From Promethearchaeota archaeon (GTDB lineage Archaea; Asgardarchaeota; Lokiarchaeia; Sigyniarchaeales; SOKP01): DNA of 10,686 bases. Numbering within the stretch: position 1 is the stretch's first letter; each line of letters starts with the position of its first letter. The position numbers were made by a program, and so were the translations under genes. The notes under the pieces are model-generated. The model was given only the letters and a program-made list of their open reading frames with translations, ran no database searches and was not told the origin of the DNA. Location: the NCBI GenBank assembly GCA_048941015.1, contig JBHLNZ010000084.1, positions 1-10,686 of the forward strand, read 5' to 3'. Positions 1-7,498 of the stretch are shown in pieces.

Positions 1-141
1 GTAAAGGATGCAATTGAAGCATTAGGGCATGGAGGGGGATATATGTTATCACCAGCAAACTTTCATCCAAGTATATCCGTTGAACGACTAAGGTGGATGA
101 TCGAAGCCACTAAAAAATATGGAGAATATCCTCTATCTTAG
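1..141 (+). CDS. C-terminal fragment of a uroporphyrinogen decarboxylase / MtaA-CmuA methyltransferase family protein (5' part outside window)
   Basis: Manual translation of frame +1: VKDAIEALGHGGGYMLSPANFHPSISVERLRWMIEATKKYGEYPLS, ending at TAG 139-141. GGGYxLSP...H...MIEA..KYG.YP matches the typical URO-D superfamily C-terminus. Not in the ORF track because it is truncated. Confidence 0.8.
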   Translation, partial: VKDAIEALGHGGGYMLSPANFHPSISVERLRWMIEATKKYGEYPLS

Positions 142-282
142 AAAGAATTCGCTACTCGGACAATCCTACATTGAAGTTAAAAACTATTATGATAAACTTA
201 TTTATAAAAATTTCTTTTCTCTTTCAATATCCATTTAAAGAATTAGTTCTAATCCGTTAAATTAGATTTAAGATTGGAAAAT

Positions 283-1227
283 CTATTTTTTTTCCCTTAC
301 AATCATAAAAATTGAAAAGATAATGATTACTGTTCCAAATAGATGAAAAATTGTAAAGATTTCTCCAAGAATAAGAAAAGAGAAAAAAGATGAAACTATA
401 GGCGTAAGAGAGTTAATTATACTCGCTTTTCCAATTTGAATATATGTTAATGTTTTGTACCATAATAAAAGGCTCACTCCATAATCTACTCCCATAAGCA
501 TGAAGAAGGCGAAGTTATTGGGATCAAAGACTATTCTTATATTTTCAATTGGAAAAATCGCAAAATAAATTGAAATCAATAAAATCCCCGAAAATAAATT
601 TCTAATAAATCCTACTTGAGATGGAAATAACTCATTTTTTTCAAATCTGGTTTTTGTGAGGGTATGCACAAGAGTAAATAGTCCAACACTGAATAATAGG
701 GTTATTACACCAAGGTTGAACTCAATCAAATTGAATCCTCCGTTGGTTATAGCGAGCATAAGACCAAAGAATAAAAGGAAGCAAAAAGCAGTTTGGATCT
801 TTGTGATTTTTTCATCTAAAATAAAGTAGCCAAAAATAAGAGCAAATATAATTTCAGATTTCAAACTTAAAGAACTATTAATTGCACCTGCAAGTCCATA
901 ACCAATATAAAGTAAAATGGGGACAATACTGAATGACAAACCTATAATTATGAGTATTTTAATATTCTCTTTTTTTTTCCATCCATGAAGTAAGGAAGTA
1001 TTTCTTAAATTGAATTCAGGGGATAACTTTAATTCTTTTTTTAATTTATGTCTTTCAAATAAAAAAATTGGTAAGAACAAAATCGCTTCAATCAAAGCAG
1101 TTATTGCTCCAAATAAATACGGGTCAATGATGCTTGGTCGTGCATTAGAAATTACTGGTTGTAATCCTATGGTAAAAGCAGCAACAGATCCAAAAATAAT
1201 TCCCTTTTTTAAATTATAATTTTCCAA
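283..1227 (-). CDS. EamA/DMT family transporter (two EamA repeats, about 10 TM helices)
   Basis: 314 aa, highly hydrophobic, TTG start. Twin DMT signatures: 'GAINSSL...EIIFALIFGYFILDEKIT' and 'IGKASIINSLTPIVSSFFSFLILGEIFT'. Confidence 0.9.
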   Translation of the reverse strand: MENYNLKKGIIFGSVAAFTIGLQPVISNARPSIIDPYLFGAITALIEAILFLPIFLFERHKLKKELKLSPEFNLRNTSLLHGWKKKENIKILIIIGLSFSIVPILLYIGYGLAGAINSSLSLKSEIIFALIFGYFILDEKITKIQTAFCFLLFFGLMLAITNGGFNLIEFNLGVITLLFSVGLFTLVHTLTKTRFEKNELFPSQVGFIRNLFSGILLISIYFAIFPIENIRIVFDPNNFAFFMLMGVDYGVSLLLWYKTLTYIQIGKASIINSLTPIVSSFFSFLILGEIFTIFHLFGTVIIIFSIFMIVREKK

Positions 1228-1300
1228 GCTATTAGAAAAAAATTAATTAATAATTAAAAACTTGTGAATAAATCTCATCTATAAAAAATTGACCATAACT

Positions 1301-3121
1301 TCACTCTTTTGAATATTTTCCAAATTGAGGAAAAGATTTCAATTGCGTGGAATCAAATATTGGTCCTTCTTTACAGACTGTGATATTATTTTTCTCTCCG
1401 ATGCAACATGATCCACATAGACCTACACCACACTTCATCTTTCTCTCTAAACTTGCTTGAATTTCAATATTATTAGAGTTTGCTATTTCTAGGACCCGCT
1501 TCATCATAACTTCGGGTCCACATGTTAAAATTAAGTCTATTTTTTCTTTTTTGATGATATCTTCAATAGTATCTGTAACAAAGCATTTCTTACCAACAGA
1601 ACCATCATCAGTAGTACAAAGTGTATTAGGGATTAGATCTATCAGTCTATCGGAAAAAATTAAAGAGGGTTCATCCTTTGCACCTATCGCTATAAAAACA
1701 TTTTTTTTATTTTTCTTTAATGGTTCAATTAAAGATGTTAATGCGGCGATTCCCATGCCTCCTCCAACAATAAGTATATTTTCAGCATCTTCATAGTTCC
1801 ATGTATTTCCATAAGGGCCTCTAATTCCGATCAAATCTCCTTGAACCAAATCAAATAACTTAGAAGTCCCTTCTCCAATTCTCTCAACTGTAATTTCGAT
1901 CAAATTTCCATCAATTTTAGATATTGACATTGGTAAGAAGTCAATATCTAGTAACCATAAAATAACAAACATACCTGGCTTGTAAGCTTTGGCGATTCTT
2001 TGATTTCGAATAAAGAAGCTCTTTATTTTAGGTGAGTGTTCTATTACAGACTCAATTTTTACGATATCTGTCTTAGTTCTTGTAAGATCTAAGATAAGTT
2101 CCTCATCATCTTTATCAAGAGATTTTGCTGTGATAATTTCTTTTTCAATTGCTAATTCAAAGACTTTTTTACCTCTTTCAGTTCTTATTATAGTTGTATC
2201 CCATCCTATCTCACTTCCAAAATTACCAACTGAAATGTCTGCAAAAGATGCAGTGTAATCTGAACATGAGAAGCAAGCTTTTCTAATAGCATTGTCATAC
2301 AAATAATTCAATGGTATTTCTTTAACTAAAGAGTTTGTTCTGATTTTTAAAGTGAAGTTGTTTTTATCGGTATCGATTTGTTCAATTTCACTATCTTTAA
2401 TACCATTCTTGAGAAAGATCTCACTTAGAATCTTGTTGTAATAAGTGCCTGTGCAAAAGGTTCCAATTGCTAAAGTAACTAAATCATATGCTTCATAATC
2501 GAAAGTTGGATGAGTTTGCAACTTTCTTAACGCTTGAATTTGACATGGGGTCCCAACGACAGCAATGTCACTATGCTCTTTATTGATCGCCTCACCTATA
2601 AGAGAAATAGTTGGAGATTGACTTGGCTTATAACCAACTCCTTTTAAAAGATCTTTTGGACTTTCAGCGATTATAGGAATAGGCTTAAAATCCCCATCTT
2701 TATCTGTAATAATTGAGGCATCTATCAAACCATTTTCCATCGCTACATATAATAAAGCTGTTAAAGGACCTGCATTTGAAGGGAACTTTCCTAATGCTTT
2801 CTCAGTTAGTTTTACAGACTTTATATCGATATAGTGTCCTAAAATCCTTTCACTTCTTATACCAAAGACCCATTTATCTAATAAGGATATTGGTATTAGA
2901 TCTATTTCAGTTTTAGGACAAAGATTATAGCAAAGACCATATCCATCTCGACAAGTATTCATATCTTTACAAGATCCATCCTCAATTGGGACTTCTTTTT
3001 CTCTATCGAATTTTATATTAGCACAAAAAGCCCCACATGCTCCACAATAAACACATTTTCCTGTTTGAATGACTTCTTCATATAATTCTTGCCATCCTTT
3101 CTTAATCTTTTGAATAAACAT
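1301..3121 (-). CDS. Fusion protein: N-terminal ferredoxin + FrhB/FdhB (F420-reducing hydrogenase beta-like) domain, C-terminal PyrK-like FAD/NAD(P)/2Fe-2S (dihydroorotate dehydrogenase electron-transfer subunit-like) domain
   Basis: N-terminus has CVYCGACGAFC and C-x5-C-x6-C-x3-CP. FrhB motifs: LTALLYVAMENGLIDA, VGTPCQIQALRK, IGTFC, CFSCSDYTASFADISVG. PyrK motifs: PGMFV, PMSIS, GIRGPYGN, VGGGMG, CGPEVMM, ERKMKCGVGLCGSC...VCKEGPIF. The track's GTG start at 3133 lies inside an AGGTGA RBS, so ATG 3121 (1 nt after the upstream TGA) is the more likely start. Confidence 0.9.
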   Translation of the reverse strand: MFIQKIKKGWQELYEEVIQTGKCVYCGACGAFCANIKFDREKEVPIEDGSCKDMNTCRDGYGLCYNLCPKTEIDLIPISLLDKWVFGIRSERILGHYIDIKSVKLTEKALGKFPSNAGPLTALLYVAMENGLIDASIITDKDGDFKPIPIIAESPKDLLKGVGYKPSQSPTISLIGEAINKEHSDIAVVGTPCQIQALRKLQTHPTFDYEAYDLVTLAIGTFCTGTYYNKILSEIFLKNGIKDSEIEQIDTDKNNFTLKIRTNSLVKEIPLNYLYDNAIRKACFSCSDYTASFADISVGNFGSEIGWDTTIIRTERGKKVFELAIEKEIITAKSLDKDDEELILDLTRTKTDIVKIESVIEHSPKIKSFFIRNQRIAKAYKPGMFVILWLLDIDFLPMSISKIDGNLIEITVERIGEGTSKLFDLVQGDLIGIRGPYGNTWNYEDAENILIVGGGMGIAALTSLIEPLKKNKKNVFIAIGAKDEPSLIFSDRLIDLIPNTLCTTDDGSVGKKCFVTDTIEDIIKKEKIDLILTCGPEVMMKRVLEIANSNNIEIQASLERKMKCGVGLCGSCCIGEKNNITVCKEGPIFDSTQLKSFPQFGKYSKE

Positions 3122-3122
3122 C

Positions 3123-3719
3123 TCAATTTTCACCTTTTTCTAGCTTTTTTATAAATTCCAAGCCTTCTTGCCTACCAAGTTCAAATGCTTCAAGATTTTT
3201 GTCAATAGTCGACTTTGGTACAAAATTTTTAACAGTTTCAATTGCAGATTCTTCAGAAAAGATACCAGAAACTACTGTAAATATCCCAAATAGAATTGAA
3301 TTACCGAATACGATATTTCCAAATCTTTCAACTGCTAATTTTTGAATGGGAATCCCTAATGCTTTCTTTATTCTTTTTGCGGCCCTAAATTTACTAATCG
3401 TTGAGGTATCCCAGATTAGAAACCCAGTACCATTTTCTTTTATGAAGTTTGGTTTAACGTCACTAGCGGCTTCTTCAGATAAAATAATTAAAAAATCATA
3501 CGGTTGTAAGGCTTTTGGATAATCAATTAAATCCAGATTCTTATCTAACTCAATTACCACTTCTGCCCAGCATTTTCCCCCCCGAGCGGATGCCGAATAA
3601 GCTTCTGTTTGAGTAGCAGCCAAATTTTCATACAATGAGCTTGCGGTTATAATCATTTTACTAAGAGTAATAACCCCCTGGCCTCCATATCCGGCAATTC
3701 TAACTTCATAACGAGCCAA
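3123..3719 (-). CDS. korC: 2-oxoacid:ferredoxin oxidoreductase gamma subunit
   Basis: VRIAGYGGQGV, AYSASARGG and KNLEAFELG motifs; located in the OFOR operon; TTG start. The symbol is family-level and the substrate is uncertain. Confidence 0.9.
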   Translation of the reverse strand: MARYEVRIAGYGGQGVITLSKMIITASSLYENLAATQTEAYSASARGGKCWAEVVIELDKNLDLIDYPKALQPYDFLIILSEEAASDVKPNFIKENGTGFLIWDTSTISKFRAAKRIKKALGIPIQKLAVERFGNIVFGNSILFGIFTVVSGIFSEESAIETVKNFVPKSTIDKNLEAFELGRQEGLEFIKKLEKGEN

Positions 3720-3722
3720 GTT

Positions 3723-4640
3723 TTATTTTCCCCCCATTGCTATCTTTTGAATTTTAGCATATTCGTCTGAATATTCCGGTTTATTCGGTTCATATCTAAA
3801 TTCACCAATAACATATTTGTTAAACAATTCCTCTTCTGTCATAAATTTTGCTTGATTTATTCTAACTGTATTTCTTTTGATCCAATCTAACATTTTTAAT
3901 CCCTGATCCATTTTGGCTCCTTCTACACCAAGATTTTCAGCACCAAGACTGTCTAAGTTTTTCCGCCCAAAATAAGTAACACAAGGGGTTATTACTTCAA
4001 TTACTGAAGTTCCTTTATGCTTTAAAGCTTTTTTGAAATATTTAATATAAGTACGAGGATGTGCTACTGTAGTCCTTGCAACATAGGTAGCTCCTGCAGC
4101 TAAAGCTAAATTTACCCCATCAATTCTATTTTCAAACATTTTATAAGGAGTTGTTGTACTACTTGCACCATAGAGAGTAGTAGGAGCTCCTTGCCCTCCT
4201 GTCATAGCATAAATGCTGTTATTAAAAATAAAAAGGACACAATCTAAATTTCTTCGGCAAAGGTGTATAAAATGATTTCCTCCTATTCCAAGACAATCAC
4301 CATCCCCAGAAAAGATTATTGGCTTCATTTTAGGGTTTGCTAATTTTATTCCAGTCGCAACTGGAGGAGCTCGGCCATGAAGGGATAATATTTTTTGTGA
4401 TTTAGCATGTACATTCAATAAAATTTGGCTATAACAACCAATGCCTATTATTGTTGGAAATAAATGAGGATCTAATCCTTCATCTTCAAAAATTCGTGTA
4501 AATATTTGACCAATAATACCATATCCACAACCTGAGCAAAACATTGTGGAAAAATTACCAAATATACTACCAGCATAGGATACCATAACATAAGGATGCT
4601 CTGGTTTTTCATTTGGAACCATTCTTCCAATATCTGACAT
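3723..4640 (-). CDS. korB: 2-oxoacid:ferredoxin oxidoreductase beta subunit (TPP- and 4Fe-4S-binding)
   Basis: FCSGCG, GIGC, LHGR, GDGD...IGGNHFIH..RRN...NNSIYAMTGGQ (TPP motif) and TPCVTYFG. TAATG stop/start overlap with the alpha gene, GGAGG RBS upstream. Confidence 0.93.
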   Translation of the reverse strand: MSDIGRMVPNEKPEHPYVMVSYAGSIFGNFSTMFCSGCGYGIIGQIFTRIFEDEGLDPHLFPTIIGIGCYSQILLNVHAKSQKILSLHGRAPPVATGIKLANPKMKPIIFSGDGDCLGIGGNHFIHLCRRNLDCVLFIFNNSIYAMTGGQGAPTTLYGASSTTTPYKMFENRIDGVNLALAAGATYVARTTVAHPRTYIKYFKKALKHKGTSVIEVITPCVTYFGRKNLDSLGAENLGVEGAKMDQGLKMLDWIKRNTVRINQAKFMTEEELFNKYVIGEFRYEPNKPEYSDEYAKIQKIAMGGK

Positions 4641-5815
4641 TATTTTGCTACCTCCCTAATTGCATTCAATATCTCATCAGGGTGATGAAACACTCCTACC
4701 TTTGGTATCTTAATGATTGGCATCCCTAGTTTTGAAACTCTTTCAACTTGTTCAGCTATAATGCCAGTATAATTTAGTTCAGGTACAATAATTGCCTTAG
4801 CATCCTTTACAGCCTCTTTTACAATCGCATCAGGAAAAGGCCATACAGTTACAAGCCTTAAAATTCCTACTTTAATACCTTCATCACGAGCAAGATCAAC
4901 AGCACGATAACTTGCTCTTATTGGCAAACCATAACCAACAACTACTATTTCAGCATCCTCAAGCTTATACTTTTCAGTAATACAGATTTTATCTTTATTG
5001 CTATTGATTTTTTCTACTAATACTTCCATAAATTGCGTTAGTTTAGGTGAAGGTAATCCTTCATAATTATGAGCCATATGCAAAAATATTCCAGGGCAAT
5101 AATCAGTACCTATAACTGGGGGTTTTGGAATAATATATTTTCCACTTATGTCATCTTTATAAGAGAATTTCTTGATGAAATCTTCAGGTAACTCTCTTTT
5201 AACAATTCTTTTCAAAATTTCTTCTTTTGGAGGTATATTTACTATTTCATGTAGATGACCTAAATACGCATCAGACAGGATAAACACTGGACAACGATAA
5301 ATCTCTGCGAAATTAAATGCGGTTATGGTTAAATCAAACAATTCTTGGCAATTCATTGGTGCAATTGCTATAACTTGAAATTCTCCATGCCCAGAGAAAC
5401 GTACCAATCCAATATCATTGTGATGCGGTTCAGTTACAGGTCCAGCACTTCCTGGACCAGCTCGCTGAACATCACAAAAAACAAATGGTATTTCTAAATT
5501 TGCAGCCATTGATATTGTTTCTACCATTAAAGACAAGCCAGGACCTGAAGTAGCTGTCATTGCTTTTGCACCTGTCAATGAAGCTCCAATTACAGAATTT
5601 ATCGAAGCTAATTCATCTTCCATCTGCATACAAACCCCTCCAACCTCAGGTAATCTTATAGCTAGATGTTCAATTACTTCTGTACTAGGTGTAATTGGAT
5701 ATCCACCAAAATACGATAAACCAGCAGAAAGAGCACCCTCGGACATAGCAACATTGCCCATCATTAAATGTCTACCTGGTTTTAAAAACCTTTTACCATT
5801 TACATTACTCAACAT
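4640..5815 (-). CDS. korA: 2-oxoacid:ferredoxin oxidoreductase alpha subunit
   Basis: MMGNVA, GYPITPSTE, QMEDE, TATSGPG and VWPFP motifs. The track's GTG at 5821 lies within the GAGGTGA RBS (5824-5818), so the true start is likely ATG 5815 or TTG 5812. Confidence 0.93.
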   Translation of the reverse strand: MLSNVNGKRFLKPGRHLMMGNVAMSEGALSAGLSYFGGYPITPSTEVIEHLAIRLPEVGGVCMQMEDELASINSVIGASLTGAKAMTATSGPGLSLMVETISMAANLEIPFVFCDVQRAGPGSAGPVTEPHHNDIGLVRFSGHGEFQVIAIAPMNCQELFDLTITAFNFAEIYRCPVFILSDAYLGHLHEIVNIPPKEEILKRIVKRELPEDFIKKFSYKDDISGKYIIPKPPVIGTDYCPGIFLHMAHNYEGLPSPKLTQFMEVLVEKINSNKDKICITEKYKLEDAEIVVVGYGLPIRASYRAVDLARDEGIKVGILRLVTVWPFPDAIVKEAVKDAKAIIVPELNYTGIIAEQVERVSKLGMPIIKIPKVGVFHHPDEILNAIREVAK

Positions 5816-5825
5816 ATTCACCTCT

Positions 5826-6107
5826 TTAAGTTTCCGCTTTTTCAGCCAATTTTTCTTGTTCTTTTTCTAATACATAAATACACCATTCTGGGCAAGCAAA
5901 CTCGCATCTTCGACATCCTGTACAATATTTTTCTTTCCCTTGTTTAACTCGTGGTAAGTAAGCAACTCTCATATTTAATTCATCTCCCGGCTCCAAAATA
6001 CCTGTAGGACAAACTGCAATACAATTGTAGCATTCATTTCCACCGCATCTGTTTTTATTTAAAAATAAAGTGAATTTTTTCTCTTTATTTTCTATTAAAT
6101 TTGGTAT
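5826..6107 (-). CDS. korD: 2-oxoacid:ferredoxin oxidoreductase delta subunit (2x[4Fe-4S] ferredoxin), 93 aa; not in ORF track
   Basis: Manual translation: (I/M)PNLIENKEKKFTLFLNKNRCGGNECYNCIAVCPTGILEPGDELNMRVAYLPRVKQGKEKYCTGCRRCEFACPEWCIYVLEKEQEKLAEKAET, ending at TAA 5828-5826. Two ferredoxin Cys clusters, in the canonical delta position upstream of alpha. No ATG/GTG/TTG precedes the first Cys cluster; putative ATA start at 6107. Confidence 0.88.
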   Translation of the reverse strand: MPNLIENKEKKFTLFLNKNRCGGNECYNCIAVCPTGILEPGDELNMRVAYLPRVKQGKEKYCTGCRRCEFACPEWCIYVLEKEQEKLAEKAET

Positions 6108-6266
6108 TTTTTATCAACTCACGATTTATTAATTAATTATAGTAAATATTCTAATAATTATAAATTTCAATTTATTCAATTTTAAGTGTTTTTGAAAAAT
6201 TAGTTAATTCTAAAAATCATTTAATTCTATGAAAAAATATAGTTTTTTTAAGAAAGGTGAATCTTT
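6108..6266. promoter_or_regulatory. Divergent (bidirectional) promoter region between the OFOR operon and the DRE-TIM gene
   Basis: Very AT-rich gap between head-to-head genes. Minus strand has GAAA-TTTATAAT (BRE/TATA-like, 6168-6157) and RBS-like GAGTTGA (6120-6114). Plus strand has TTTAATT near 6220-6226 and AGGTGA at 6255-6260. Individual box assignments are tentative. Confidence 0.55.
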
Positions 6267-7487
6267 TTGGAAAATGCTTGGTTAAATGCTTGGATCTCCA
6301 TGAAAATGGGTAAAGATCAGAAATGGTGGAGTTGGGATTGGAATTTTAAAGAATCGGTAAGAAATCAGATGAATTTGCCTGAAAAGATTATAATTAAAGA
6401 TGATACATTGAGAGAAGGGGAAGAAACTCCTGGTTCATATTTTACCATAAATCAAAAAGTAGAAATCGCAAAACTTTTAGAAGAAATGGGTATTCCAGAA
6501 TTAGAAGTAGGATATGCTGCGGGAATTAAAGAACATGCTGACACTTTTAAAGAATTGAAGAGAGAGGGAATTAAAGCGAAATTATCATCACATGCACGAT
6601 TATATGCCAAAGATATAAAGAAAGAAGTAGATGATATCCTTGCAGCGGGGGCGGATCATATCAACTTTTTATTAGTTCCTGACCCTATATTGAATTCTAA
6701 GAAAGCTGTTTTTGAAAGAATATCTCATGGAATACAATATGCAAAGGATGAAGGTGCGTATGTCGCCTTTGGATCTGGTAGAGTATTACCTAAATATTGG
6801 GAGAAATTCTGTAGTTTAGCAATAGAAGCAGGGGTTGATAGGATAGTTTGTTATGACGGAAATGGATGTGCTCATCCTACAGCATTTAGGGATAATGTTG
6901 CATTTACCAAAAAAGTAGTTGAGAAAGTTCCAATAGAGGTTCATACCCATAACGATCTAGGATTAGCTTGCGCTACAACTCTTGCAGGTGTTGAAGGTGG
7001 AGCAGAAGTTGTTGATGTAGTTTTTAATGGGCTAGGCGATAGAGCAGGTAATGCAGCTACAGAAGAAGTAATAATGGCTCTTGAAATCTTATATGGGATA
7101 GACACAGGCATAAAATTAGAAAAAATAACAGAGGTATCTAAAATCATTGAGAAATATAGTAAAACTCCACTTCAAGCACATAAAGCAATAGTTGGAAAAA
7201 ATTGCTTTATTCATGAATCAGATTTACATGTTGAGCAGATTCTTATTGGTAATTGGATAACATGGGAGCTTTATCAACCTCAAGTTGTTGGACAAACAAG
7301 AAAGTTAATCTTTGGAGCTACAACTTTACAAAATAGAGCTCTTATAGCAAAATTGTCAAAAATGGGGTTAAATCCAACAAAAGTTCATATTGAAACTATT
7401 AGGAAAAAGATACAAGAGAAAACAAAGGTTAATCAATTCATTACAGAAAAAGAGCTTGAAAAAATAGCTAATGAAATTGTAAAATAA
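6267..7487 (+). CDS. DRE-TIM metallolyase, LeuA/AksA/CimA-like (homocitrate/2-isopropylmalate/citramalate synthase family), divergent, no C-terminal regulatory domain
   Basis: DDTLREGEETPG, ELEVG, HTHNDLG (metal ligands), NGLGDRAGNAATEEV and KAIVGKNCFIHES; 406 aa. AGGTGA RBS lies 6 nt before the TTG start. Confidence 0.88.
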   Translation: MENAWLNAWISMKMGKDQKWWSWDWNFKESVRNQMNLPEKIIIKDDTLREGEETPGSYFTINQKVEIAKLLEEMGIPELEVGYAAGIKEHADTFKELKREGIKAKLSSHARLYAKDIKKEVDDILAAGADHINFLLVPDPILNSKKAVFERISHGIQYAKDEGAYVAFGSGRVLPKYWEKFCSLAIEAGVDRIVCYDGNGCAHPTAFRDNVAFTKKVVEKVPIEVHTHNDLGLACATTLAGVEGGAEVVDVVFNGLGDRAGNAATEEVIMALEILYGIDTGIKLEKITEVSKIIEKYSKTPLQAHKAIVGKNCFIHESDLHVEQILIGNWITWELYQPQVVGQTRKLIFGATTLQNRALIAKLSKMGLNPTKVHIETIRKKIQEKTKVNQFITEKELEKIANEIVK

Positions 7488-7498
7488 AACCCTTCGAT

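Noticed and set aside
142-282. ncRNA or hairpin terminator in the convergent gap (TCTAAT...ATTAGA at 248-266; T-rich tract near 201-215)
   Set aside because: Only a 6-bp AT-rich stem; the T-tract may be an archaeal terminator but cannot be supported.
1010-1219. 69-aa + strand ORF
   Set aside because: Antisense shadow of the EamA gene; no motif or RBS.
1551-1796. 81-aa + strand ORF
   Set aside because: Antisense to the PyrK-like domain; no independent evidence.
2713-2916. 67-aa + strand ORF
   Set aside because: Antisense to the FrhB domain; no recognisable features.
1250-6116. Selenocysteine readthrough at TGA codons (1303-1301, 3125-3123, 6116-6114)
   Set aside because: The proteins are complete at these stops, the extensions are short and motif-free, the TGA at 6116 is followed directly by TAA, and no convincing SECIS-like hairpin was seen.
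6166-6229. Short direct repeats TTCAATTT x2 and TTAATTCTA x2 in the divergent promoter
   Set aside because: Expected by chance in a very AT-rich stretch.
6941-7147. 68-aa - strand ORF
   Set aside because: Antisense to the conserved DRE-TIM core; Ser/Thr/Pro-rich shadow composition.
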